This document shows positions 11,171 to 24,276 of a DNA stretch of 64,000 bases, in pieces. The notes beneath the pieces are model-generated. The model was not told where the DNA came from. It worked only from the letters and a program-made list of their open reading frames with translations, and ran no database searches. Position 1 is the stretch's first letter. Every line of letters begins with the position of its first letter. The position numbers and the translations under genes are program-made. The DNA comes from Fimbriosthenelais zetlandica (taxonomy: Eukaryota): positions 14,446,001-14,510,000 of the forward strand of contig OZ365112.1 in NCBI GenBank assembly GCA_977030845.1, written 5' to 3'.

Positions 11171-14100
11171 ACTTAATATATTACTATATAAATAGGTCAG
11201 CTGGTGTATGTGCACATGATTTTTACTGTTTCACATTGAAATCACAGTATTGTTAATATTATTATTGATCTTTGAAAGATGACCTATATTGTGACAATTG
11301 CCACTCCTCTGTCTACGAACATGAATTATATGTGTCTTTTATAAAAGTCCATCTCATTTTTTGACTTGTTGTCGTTGTTGTCTTCACATGTTACATGATG
11401 TTATTTTGTTGGGTGTTTTTAATTTAGACTGAAAGGCCACTCCGCCAGTTTATGATAAATGGTTGCTATGGTGACTGCAAATGAACCAGGAATTGGGCTA
11501 ATGGGTCTTTGATGTAAATTTGGATGCAAATGGTCCCCTGTAACATGTACGCCTCGGGTTGGGGAAGAGGTTGGGACAGAGGCAGATTGCTACAATGCTG
11601 AGCAATGATAGCAAAGGATACATATATTTACGACACGTCACTTTACAACATCTACCGTCCGTGTCAGATGTCCTAATTTCAAAATATAAGTCGACAATTT
11701 AAGAGGGAAAGAGGGACCAATTTTCTGCTGTTATAAGGGTTTGTAAAGTCATGGCAACTGAGCTGAGCAAGAAGCCATTACCAGAGGGCGAATAAGATCT
11801 GGTGAACGTTGTCAAAGGCAGACGACAATTTGCTGCAGAGATCGTTTTCTAATTGCTGCAGCGCGCCAAAATAAAACCCCTTTTTGTTATCTTTTTTTTA
11901 AAGGGACATTCTCCTTTCGACTTCTGCTCCTCTCATTACTATAGAATGAAATTGTGGTTGTAATTTCAAGAAGTAGCAATCGGGAATTCAAATATTTCCC
12001 GCTAATTTCTTTGCCCTGGTGCAGGGCTACTAATTCATTTGGAATAAACATAAATGTTTTAGGGTGGGCTATCATTTTCTTTGCTCACCAGCCGCTCTTT
12101 CTGATCGTACTGGTAAACCGATCGGTCAAGTCAAACAGTGTCACTTCGACTGACTACATCGGCCGTAATTAATTTCGGAGTTAAAAATTCAGTCCAACCT
12201 GTCTCGGTGGTTTACTATTTCAACACGGGGTCTGAGCCGCCGTGGCTGTCTGATATTTATTCAATTTGCCCCAGGTTTGCCCGGCGCCAGAGAAGTATCT
12301 TGTCGGGCAGGGCGCCCGCGTCCGTCGCCGCCCGGCACTAGCAGGCCCCTTGTACCGGTCTGGCCCGGCTTCTCCTGGCGTTCAGACCCTGGAAAAAAGC
12401 GCGAGACAGAGAGTCGGCGACCAGGGCCGATACTATGACAGAGTAAACACGGGCTGTCGTCAGGGAACGAGCGTGGAAAAGTGTGTGTGTCTGTGTGTTG
12501 GGGGCTGTGGAGGATGGAAGGAGACGAGGAGGAAGGGAGGGAGGGGGTTGGCGATGGGAAAATACTGCTACGTTGGGCCCTCATTGATCGTGTCTGCCTT
12601 GGTGAAATGTAATGTGAAAGCTAGGGGAGATCCATCTGCCAATTCTGCCACTGTTATATACAGTGGAAGAGAGGAGGGGGAGGATGAGGAGACTGTTTCT
12701 CTTCCGAGCAACTTACAGCTTTAACTCCTCCTCCCGTGGTCAGAAATCAAAGGAATATATCCTTCATCACCCCATCTTTTCCCAACATATTCTGATATAT
12801 TGAATGTAATACAAAATTTGGGCCAAGTGGTGAATATGGGGTATGTTTGGTTCTTGTAGACTCCTCCATGGTGGCCTATCTCCATACAAGAGGCGCCTGG
12901 AGGAATCAATGGAGAGATCAATACTGGAATCAAATTACTGCGCGATATGTCACATGTCGATAGCCTCTAACACTGGCAAGCAGGGCCATATTTTCTCAGC
13001 TGTGAAAAACATGTAAAAACAAGGGATGCTAGGAATAAGTCCTTCAGAATACCCAATAAATATCTCATATCTAAGCTCAAAGTCAACTATACTGATTCTG
13101 GCAGTTAAACAATACATGATATAATTATCACGATTCATTCAAGTATTTATAAACCAATTGTCTGTCAATTAGTTCTATTAAAGAACGCTATTTTTGTTAT
13201 AGGACTGATAGCTATTGAGAAAAGGGCGCCACCGTCTATCAACTGTTTTGCCCTTCAAAGGGCAAACGGGGTCAAATTGAGTGTAGGGAAAAGAAGGGAT
13301 GTGGCTTCTCCAGCTTTCCCGCATGTGGTACGGTGAGCTCGGTAGACCCAGGCAAGCTGAGGCGGTCTCTGTGGCCGAGGCAGCCAGGAGAGGTACGTGT
13401 GTGTCTCTATTAATACAGGGGCTTGGTTCTCTAATGCCCACCTACCAATGGTTTGATCCCCTCGCCCTGTCTGACCCAGCCCTTCAGCTTACTGCTGGGT
13501 ACTGCTGGATCAGACCTTCCAGGCCCGTCCAACTACATTATCACTTACACTTACACATCATAGACTGTGATAGAGGGAGCTTCTTCCTAGAGAGGGAAAT
13601 ATCATCTCTATTATCTCGTCTTCACTATTCTAGCATTTGCAATTGTTAAAACTTGAATAAACCTCAGAGAAATAGAACATATCATAGCTAACTAAATCTT
13701 GATTACATTACAATACACAGACATCACTGAAGATTCTGGATTTCTTATTCGTCTGAAAATTGGAGTAAAAAGTGTATCTTTACGAATTATATTGAAGTTA
13801 TTTGTTCATATTAAAACGTAAGGGCGTGGGGTTTGAATGAAGGAAAGAGGCGATAGGGTGAACTGGTATAGTGAGGGGCTTACCTTGAGATGGTCTGGAG
13901 AAGGAGATAAGATCCCCTGGAGGACTCTATGGCCCTCCAGTGTATGTGACCCAGCTCAGGCCAGACATCAAAACAATTTGTTACTTGATTATCAGACCAT
14001 ATCAAGTCGTATTGGAGCAATTTAACTCATACCAAGAAACAAGCAACCCATCTTGTCCCTTCCTCCCTCTTGCGTTATTTTTTTTCCAATTTCCAGCTGG

Positions 14101-17100
14101 ATCTGCCCCGGGTACTTTAATTGAGCGTTTTTTTTTTTACAATGTGATGATTTCAAATTTATTCCCTTTTCGAACATAAACCTATTTCTGTTGATCTCAT
14201 TTATACTCTCATTTCTGAAAGCAATAATGATATATGACCCTGGTAGAAGAAATATCGACAAATAATCGTGGTTGTTCCACCACAGACTATGAAAAGTAAA
14301 AGTGAATTTAATCATTTATTAACCTGCGCAGGCTGTCTTGAAAGATCCAGACGATCAAGGTTGGAATAAATGGTTATTTGATGGCTTTTTGGCTGTAGCT
14401 CTGGCGGAGCTGAAGCCACTTTGGATGGGTTGAATGGGCTCCTCCGAGGAAGCCTGGCAAAACACGAGGGTAATTTGTTTCCTCGTAAATAATGTTCAAC
14501 CTACTAAGGTCCTGCCGTGACACAATTCGGGTCAACTTTGCCTTTATTCTGTCTTCGCTCAATATTACACCATTTTTATCTTAGAAACAACAGAGGTCGT
14601 GTATGATCAAGTCCTCCCCAATCATAGAATTGTGAAATCAGTCATTTTGGCGCCAATTTACCCGGTGAAATCGAGAAGCAAAAATGGTGTCTGCCTCAAT
14701 GTTTTCAAACTGTCACTCTGGAAAGATGGCACGGGAGCGCGCATTTTGAAATGTTCCCTTCCAATGGGTTAGTCAATTGCTCCACAAACAAAAGAATAGC
14801 CCTAGAAACAGGCATGACGATGTGTGCTAATACTCACTGACAATTCTGATAGTTTGGATCAGGCGTTTCTTCTTTTGTTATCTTTAATCCCTTAGCGTTC
14901 GTGAAGCAAGGAGGGGTTATGCAGTGCAAATAGCACGAGTTTGAATTCAAAATGGCGGCGCTGCATGGGGAAAAGAAATATGGGGGATGGTGGGAAAAGT
15001 AGCACACACATGGTCTGGAGATACAAAACAGCTCAAGAGTAGTGTCTGAAAAGATCACAGACTACTGTATTTATACAAAGTGGCGGGAAGAAGAGAGGGG
15101 AGGAGATCTGGGTGAAACGGTTAAGATGTTTACTCAGAAAGGTTGTTTTAATTGAGGGGTTTGCCGTGGCAACACTCAATGGTCCCTTGAGAGGGGGATT
15201 AGGGAGAGGGAAGAGGGGATTGGTCAGTATCCTGGTTAAAATGGACACACAAGCCGGACCTAGCTGTTTGTGGTACACAGGTGTCTGGCTATGATGGTCA
15301 TTACCTGAGTCATTAAGGTTGCCTGACCTGTGTCAATCCGACTTGAGAGACTCCATAAAAAAATAAAGAATGTTACATGGAAATGATTCCAATATTATAT
15401 TGGTTACCCTGGATATCTTTTCTGTGACGTACTGATTTCCATAAATCATATAATTTAGGATAGGCCTACTTGTCATGGATATTATATGTATGACATCTTC
15501 CATGTATGAGAAGTTATTATTATTGTGAGAATGTGACAGGAGTTCTGGATGGAATCCATTTAATTACAGCAATGAGAAGTAAAGTAGAGAGGGAGACAGA
15601 CAATAGTGATGTGAGGATCAGATTTGGCGGGAGTATTTTAAGGAGAGCTAGTAGTCATCAAGCCTATCAATATGTCAGTATGTCTCTCTCCCAGCTCTTT
15701 ACCACTGATGTTTTATGGCTTGGGAAGAGTCGAGGAGTATGCCGACTTGACAGATAGCAGTCAGCGGCTCAGGCGGCCACACAGACGGCCAGATACAACA
15801 CCCCTCACCGGTCTCAACCCCCCGTCACTCACTCAAAAGCTGGCTACGTGAGGATGTGATCCACTCAAGATGGGTGTGTAGGAGGAGGGGTGGGGGTTAG
15901 GGATCGGGGAGGGGTAAATCGAGGAAGGGGCTGGTAGCGAAGACTATTAAGTGCAGGGATGAGAGGGTTGATAGGGATTGAGGGAAAGAATTTATGAGTG
16001 ATATTTATACAACATGCACTCCTTATGTCTGTTTATTATGTATTGCACCAGTGTCATTTCCCCTCCCCAACCCATGCCTTTGTTTCCTTATCTGTCCCTG
16101 TCTACCACTCCTCACCCATATCTCCATCACGTCGGATATCGCGACCAATCGGTGATAATTCGGGAAGGACGAGACAAATTTGCCAAAAACGGCAATAAAT
16201 AATTTCAATGGCATGAAAAAATGTGGCCTTTAACACAAATAAATCATTATACCCGATAGAGTGACTGCATAATCTCTTGAAAAGGTCAGATTATCTATTG
16301 TACATATAAATCCTATTTTAGGCCTAAATGAGAGAGGAAAGAATGATGTTTCGTGAATGAGAGAGAAGGGTTGATCAACAGCTGTTTGAGATTTTAGTGA
16401 TTGATTCTCTACACGATGGCCCAGATTGCCCACGTGACTAATATGATCACGTGTTATCACTGGTAGAATCAAGAAAGCAGAATATCAGAGACTGGAGAGT
16501 AGAGGAGCATTACAATAACCACACCCCACCCCACCCCCTCCCAACACATCATCCCCCCATCTCCCAGTCACCTTGGCACGATGGCCCATAATGGCTTGAG
16601 TACCCCCAGGGGTAGAATGGGTGGGCGGAAGGGGGAGCCAGGAGGGAGGGGGCACTGCAAAAATAATATACCACAAATGAAGAGTTCAAATACATTTACT
16701 GTACTCGCAAGCATGTTTAATTGATTATCTATTCATAATATATTTTTCAAATCTGGTCCTGAAAGAGGAACTCCCCCTCCCAGTTGCTGTGCGACCCTCT
16801 TCTGCTTTGCTCCTGCATACTGCATGGCCCAGTAATAAAATGAGGCGCTCACAGCCCCACCACATCTCTGTCTCTGTGTGTCTCTCAATTCCCTGAAGGG
16901 GATAATCTTACAGGAGAAGCGATAATCTCTAATCCCACAAGATCAGCTCGTGTAACTGGCTCAACAAGTACTATACTGAGTAGATCTTTAAATAAAAGGC
17001 TATTTAAAATCAGGGAGGGAAAGGTTGGGTATAAGGGCCTACCTCATAATATATAGGGGACCAGAGTCGCTCTGATAGGAGGTATATTAGATATTTCAGA

Positions 17101-20100
17101 AATCAGAGTCTCCTATCTTACATTTTCCAAATTGACTGTATATATATGGAGACTAACTTCAGTTAAATTGCAAAAAGAATTGCCGATTTTGAATTGGAAT
17201 TTAAATTTCCATAGATGGTTTGAACGGCCTCATGAATGGCATGAAATCGGTAGAAATTTATGGACAAATTTATGATGTTCATAAATAAACTTAGTTCATA
17301 TGCTAGTCAGGAACGATGACTAATTTTTACAGTGTTGTATGCTATTCATGATATTAATAAGGTCAATACTGTGCTCGTCACGGAAGCTATGCAAATGAGC
17401 GCCTGAAACGACAGGCAAGTCAAATTACTGCCGCCAGAGGGAAGGACGGTAGGTCGGACATCAGCAACAGGGTATAGTATAACCACAAATTAAGAGCCCG
17501 TCTACTGCTCGCCACAATAGAAAGCCCGGTTAAATATAATGCATTTATGATTGGCAGGGATGATAGTTAGTTGTCATCCCAAATGATAATTACTCGGGAG
17601 TAGGGCAATTATTTTCGGTGTTTTGTTGTGATATTCTAGTTTGAGGATCGATATTATGTTCGCTCTAGTTTGAAACTGAGCCGGAAAGTGCAGATCAGTG
17701 ATGCAGAAAAGAACGTCATAACGAAAAGGACACTATTGTAGTACTAGACCTTTCTAAAATCTTTAAGGCCGAACCACCCAAAGTGTTTCAGATCAGGGCC
17801 ACAAGGTCTAGCAGTCGTATAAATACAGGGATGAGTGCACACGAATATAGCTGAATTTTAGCAGTGTTATGCATATGATGACACGTTTTTGAGCGGGAAG
17901 CATGAATAATTCCACACTCTTGCGGTCCCATATCAATAAAATGTCAACGCAACACTTCATAGAAGGCCACCTGCATATAATGCCCTCCCTTCTATACGGA
18001 CAACGAGGTGGGGAGGATTTTTTGGCAGAAAAAGAATCAAAACATCGGTTTTCTGCACAAATTCCAGCCCTTTGATGCCTCTTTACATTGTCTATGTTCT
18101 CAGGGTCCACGAACCGTGACCACTGTGCTATAAGGGCTTTCACATGGGTCCTGTCAGTACTGAACGAGGGGGGATGGACCTGCATAAAAAGGGCTTCACA
18201 TGGGCATGTCATCCGACAGGGGGAATTTTTTAAATTAACCTGAAATTCCATTTCTCATTTCAAAATCTTTATGTCATCCACACAAAGTTACAAAACCCCT
18301 CTGCTTTGTTACTGAAATGTATCATTTTAATGATATTTATTCCTGAATTAGGCCGGGTTTGGGATGTGTTTGTGGGTCTTTGGTGGGGGAGGGGTGTTGG
18401 GTGGGGGGCAGGTGAATGCTTGTTTGTGGGTATCATTGACGGGGGTCGTCACGCTCGAGTGCACACCAAAGATGGGGCAGGCGAGGGTTTGACATTGATA
18501 CCAAGCAGTGCTATTGTCTGACCCAGCTGGCTTCACAATGGCGTCCACTGCACGTTAACAACCAGATCGTCCCCCACCCGCCTTTTTAACAGAAAACATC
18601 ACCATTGATACTGATTGTAACTTCTCTGCCGGGCCAGTCAAGCCCTAACAGACATCCTCCCAGTTATCCACCATTCTAACACTCCAGAGGTCTTCTCCAA
18701 GACCCACCGAAGTGGAAGAATGGCAGGGACTTAAAAAAAAATACAATTCCATTAAAACTTGGCTTATTTCCATGACTTTAAGAGCTAAAAGCATTCATAG
18801 TGTGGTTATATTTAGAAAGATGGTAATCAGGGCTCTAAATTTGGCATGCAAGTTTGAAATGCCAGTATACAAATATAAACCAGTGCTAACATTCCTGTAT
18901 GATTCTGATTCAGTTGTTTTTGATAATTCAATGACACTTATTAACTATAGCTACAATTGATTACATTATACCCCCAATGTACTTTCATCTCAAATCTCTT
19001 TCAATTTCTATTGTATCTTCTGCTATTCTCCAACTGTCTATTTTGCTCTCAGTGGTCTTTCACACCGTCACCTCCCCCATCCCTCATGCTTTGACTCCAT
19101 GCTTTTCCCAGCTTTATTTAATCTATCATTAATTATAACAGGATGAGTCATTGACTCTGCTAATGGTTATTTCATCCACGGCTCGATGCTCCTTAAATGA
19201 TAACCTCACAAGAAAACATATTAATCAAACCCATACTGACGGACTTACTCCGAAAGGGATTAGGGTCCTATCTATTTGTAGCAGAGCCTATTTGAGACCT
19301 GTCCCTTCCTATTTTTACCTCAAAATTTCTGACCATAAGAGACGGCTACCTTTCTCATGCAGAAACTGTCATCATGTACATGAAGAGTGATACAATGTTG
19401 CTAACAGGCATCAGCTTAATCTGAGAATAGACATCAAATGATGATATGGTCTATATCATAGAAAAACGGCCATTAATAATGCAGCAGGTTTTCTATAAAT
19501 ACATCTTCCGTACTAAATGAATCCCATTGTGTCAATCAAGAGAGATGCGCCATCAATCCCGTCCTTGAGTGACTCCTTTCATTCCATCCTTTCCACCAGC
19601 CATTACCAAGAATGAGGTCAGGAATGACAGAAGTCCTCATTATATGTGAAAGATGATTAATAGGGTGTTTATCTTGATGAGTCTGGCTCATACACAGTCA
19701 AAATAATATGATATAATGACAAGATTGTGGCAAAAATAGCAGAAAAATATAGGATAGAGTGCGAAAAGTGTGCCAAAACGTACGATGTTATGGCTGGTAA
19801 GTCGCTCCGCCAGCCTCAGTGAGTAGTATATGGAATCTTTCTTTGGGGCAGGCGACATTTGGGATGCTACTATGTCGGCGCCACAATCACAGCGCGTGAG
19901 AGCTAATGGCGCCAGCATTACAAAGCGATGAGTGGTCTCCACCGTCTAAATCGATAAGAATTAGATCAGTTCATCTGAGTCAATCCAAAGAGGAACTATT
20001 AAACGATGAACAAACAATCGATACAGTGTCTGAATCGGTCTGGCTTTTGGAAGGGCAATTCCAAGACATTGGGAAATATGGACAATATATGGGTCAAGGT

Positions 20101-23100
20101 TCCTTCCTATCGCATGGAGATGGAAACATCAGGGTGGCAGGAGGAAAATTGATTTTTGGGGAGAGGATATGGATGTGTAAATTAGCGCCGCCATCTGTAT
20201 TTCTCTCCCTCTAACTGGTTATCACTAAGATGAGAAGATCCCGCCGCCCTTGGCGCCCCAGGCTTCCTTCGCCCATATTGGCCTACTTTAGAGAAAAAAG
20301 GTAGGGGAACATTTGATTATAAAGACGGTGGATAAAGCCTTACCGGCGGGGGAAGTGGCGGGGATGATGTCTGACACCGCATCTTCTCCTCCCTCCTCCT
20401 TCTCTGTGTTATCCTTATCGCTCCAGGGCGGTTGCTATGGATATTATCAAGATGAACTCTGATACAAGACCCTAATGATAATACTCCACCTCCCCCAATG
20501 TGTCCTAGATTCTACTTAGATAGCAACCATTGCGTATTATAATAGAATAGAATATAGCACTCCATGTTGTATGTTGCATTAAAAATGTTAGTAAAGGATC
20601 CTTTGGGTATTTGGGTGTATAGAGAACAACACCTGGATGGCCTACTGGAGGAGAATGGCATGTTTTAGTGTCTGGAGGTAGGAAGGTTATAGTCCGCTGG
20701 AGTCGGGAGCTCAGGGCGGAGTGAGGGGTGGAAGGCGCGGGGGAAGGCCCGAACTGTGGCCATTAAAAAAGATATGTTTTCAATGGCGACGTCACTGGGC
20801 GATATGATTGATAGACCGAAATGGGATAGCCTGGCAAAGCTCGGGGGCTGCGCCAGCAACACTGGGTCTATAGGAGATCAGATCCTCCAGTATACACAGT
20901 AGGGTCTAGCCTACAGCAGGGTGCTCTAATAAGAATAGGGGTTGCCTCTGACACCCATCTGCCCCAAAATAGCATGCTTTGTCTATAATGACATTCTAAA
21001 TAAAACAACGGTCTAAAAACCATATACATGATCCATCATTATTTTTAGATAAAACCGTTTAAAAAGTGTGAGTGTTTGTAATATAGGACCCCTGCTGCTA
21101 AGTATATTGGATTTTTATCTATTTAAATTGGTGAGCTTTTATCTCTCGGGTTATATTTAACGTGAAATGTATGGTAATTAATGGTTCTTTTATGTTTTTC
21201 AAGGGGGGTTATATTTTTACAGAGGTGTTGTCATGAATAATAGTGGGAAGGGTGGGGAAATGTCAGCATATTGAGGGCGTCAATTGGATTGGTCGGAAGA
21301 GATGCATTCAAGGCAACAAGAGGGTCCAGTGAGTGTTTGTGGTTGCATCAGAAATACCGCTTGAAGCCCCAATAAGTGGGGCGGTGCAGCTTTAATAGAA
21401 GAAAAGCTTGCAGATGGTTGTGGGTGTCGAGTTGTCTCATTGACTGTATCCTCCTCCCTCTCAGTGATATTCATTGAAATAAAACGCAAACTAAATGCAC
21501 AAAGAGAGAGGAGTCGGACCAGTAAGGCAGGTGCCTCTCCCTGCTCGCCACACACGGGAAGGTTGACTTTAGTGACCCAAGAGGGGGAAAGCTTAGACTT
21601 TGACCAAACAAAGAAGACAAACTGAGAACTGGGGAGGTAAACGGAAGGGTTTCAATGACTCGCTCTCATTCTCAATCTCCTCTCTAAGTAGACCTTTGCA
21701 AACAGTTTGAATAAACCCAGAGCAAAGCTACAAGTTATAGACTGCATGAGGAGCAAAATATATCGATTATTTTACAAATATTATCTCTGGCAATAAATTC
21801 TAAGCTGAAGGATATCATGACAAAGATGCACATTCTAACTTACCATTATATGACAAGTCTAATATATTTAAGAAACCATAATTCAACAGAAATAGGTCCC
21901 ATAAATATTAATCCTAAAGGCAAGATGTTCAAAGGAAAGAGTTAATTCAACGCTGCATGGGGACAGTGGAAAACTCGGATGAAATCTAAGGATATTCATC
22001 ACAAATATATACGATAAATTATGGAACACATCGCACGTAACCGTAATCTTTAGAAGTTAGAATATACAGCCCAATATATCCGTAATTAGATGCCCCAACT
22101 TCAAAGATAAATTATAATCTGGAGAGTCGTGTCAATGGCTATTCACACTCTCTTATTGTCATTATCGGATGAATCCAATTACAATGAAAGGCCCTATAAA
22201 GCACCGGCAAAATACCAATAAATCAGGCGCTAAAGAGGGAGCGGGGTTATGCAATGCTGCATACGGTCGTAGTTTGCCTATTCAAGCTCAGTTGCATAAA
22301 AGCATTGTCCAGACATCCGCTTTGCATTGTCCAATTCACGGAGGGACTGTTTGTCGACGACAGAGGTTAAATAATCCACTGAAATTCCTACGGGAGCGAT
22401 AAAATGAGAGACGGGGAAACTGGTAGATAGAGAAGAATGTGGGAGGGGATGCCTGAAGATGAGAGTATGGAATGTGATTGATATATATTGACATAGAGTG
22501 AAGGGAATTGACGCTGTTGTGTCGGGGTTAGGACGGCAGAGCGAGCGGTTGCAGCGGCGGCAGGGGAGGAGCTGGAGGAGGCGGGAAAGACAGAGACAAC
22601 TGCAGGACAAATTAGCAATAAATCTCGACAGGGAAAGATGTGTATGTGTTAAGCTTGTTCTCAGGCTTGTCACCTTGCCAACCGTTACCTGTCTGTTTAT
22701 CAACATCTCCCTATGTTCAGGGAAAAAGCGGAGAAGCTTGATAAAGACGATGATTCTGATTTACTGGGCAATCGGGGAAGAAAAAGGGAAAGGTCAATGG
22801 AGAGTTGGCTTTTTTGTCCCGCTAAAGCAAAGGTTGAAGGAGCGAAGGGTTCCTGTGGTCTTTTCTATTACCTACCGCTTAGTTTTCTTCCACAGATGTT
22901 CCAGCAGTTCGTCCTAGAGGTGTATACCTATGATTTTTCCAGTACTAAAGAGGTGAGAGAGAGAAGAAGCAGGTAGATGAGATGGAAGATGAGGGGAGGA
23001 ATAGAGGTGTATGGGGCAGTGTTCGTGTCGCGGGTGGTGGGGGTTGACTAGGAGCATATGGGGAGCAGCATTGTTGGCCCATTTTGATTATCATCCATGA

Positions 23101-23102
23101 TG

Positions 23103-23290
23103 AGGGTGGAGGGGGTATAGGGGTGGGATTAGGAGGAGGGGTGGGAGGGATGGGAGGGGAGGAGACTAGAAGGGGAGGAGGAGGAGTAGTAGTAGGAGGA
23201 GTGGGAGTAGGAGGTGTCTGGAGCGAGCGTGGAGAGAGACAGAGAGTGAGAGGACAGTGGCAGGAGGAGGATCAGGAGGAGGGGGTTAGT
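23103..23290 (+). repeat. G/A-rich low-complexity tract (GGA/GGG runs)
   Basis: gagggtggagggggtataggggtgggattaggaggaggggtgggagggatgggagggga followed by (GGA)n/(GTA)n units. Confidence 0.8.
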
Positions 23291-24242
23291 ACCCAGTGGA
23301 CTGAACAGTACAAATGATCAAAGACAATAGAGAACTTGATAAGAGACAAGGAGCACCTATATCTCGCTTTCCAGTGTATGAATCTCGATCCAAGGACAGT
23401 TTCTCCGGTGTACTGATGAGCTTGTGAGGGGTCTAGGAGGAGATATAAAGGTAGGAACTGGGTGTCCCGTCCGTCCACGTGGGGTGTGTGTATGGTGGCG
23501 TTGTTCTGAGCGCTGCTGTAGTGAAGCCTGTAGCAGTGATGAAGGGACGATCATGAGGAGGTGGATGATGATGATGTTGTAATGATGATGAGGGTGGTAT
23601 GAGGGGGGTGGAGCCGAGCAATGGGTGATGACGTTCAACTGATGGCAACCTCTCCACTACCGCTCCTCCTGGTGAATACTTACACTCAAGCCCTGGAGAA
23701 GGCTACTTCTACCATCAACCAGGTAGTAGAAGTAGTAGTAGTATCTGCATCTGCCTTATTATAACCAGAAGAAGGCAGCCCCTACATCTCTCTCCACCCT
23801 TCCTCCAGTGTGCTTCTTCATCTTCCATGTCCTTCTATTGCCTCTCCAACAACCAGAGAAGGATGACTGCACCTGCAGCAGGTTAAGCTCAGGCTCTGTC
23901 TGTGTTATTGTTAAGTGGTGGTGCATGGTGGTGGTATAGCACCATACACAGGAGCTGTAGTGGTTGTGGTGGTGCTATTGGAAAGAGTGGTGGTGTGTAG
24001 TGGTGGTGGCACAGTGGAGAGGAGGAGTAGTAAGAGGAGGAGGAGAGAGAGTCAGTTTTAACACAACACACTTGGTCGCCAATGTGGAAGGTAGGTGACT
24101 TATACATTCATCCCATCACTCCTGAGTGAGACAGATTGACAGAGTGACACCACAAACAGAGAGAGAAAGAAGAAAAGAGAGTGAGAGAGAGGGGACTCAC
24201 AGAGTTGGAGTATACGAGTGGAGCCGGTTTCTCTCCTGCTAC

Positions 24243-24276
24243 AACTACTACTACTGATACTACTACTCAACTACTA
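24243..24276 (+). repeat. Imperfect (CTA)n microsatellite
   Basis: caactactactactgatactactactcaactact. Confidence 0.75.

Noticed and set aside
17467-17474. Fourth ACAGGGTA miR-10 8mer
   Set aside because: It is intergenic, with no evidence that it lies in a plus-strand transcript.
17808-18251. 147-aa minus-strand ORF as a transposase fragment
   Set aside because: I see no DDE, RT or other recognisable motif. A BLASTX search would be needed.
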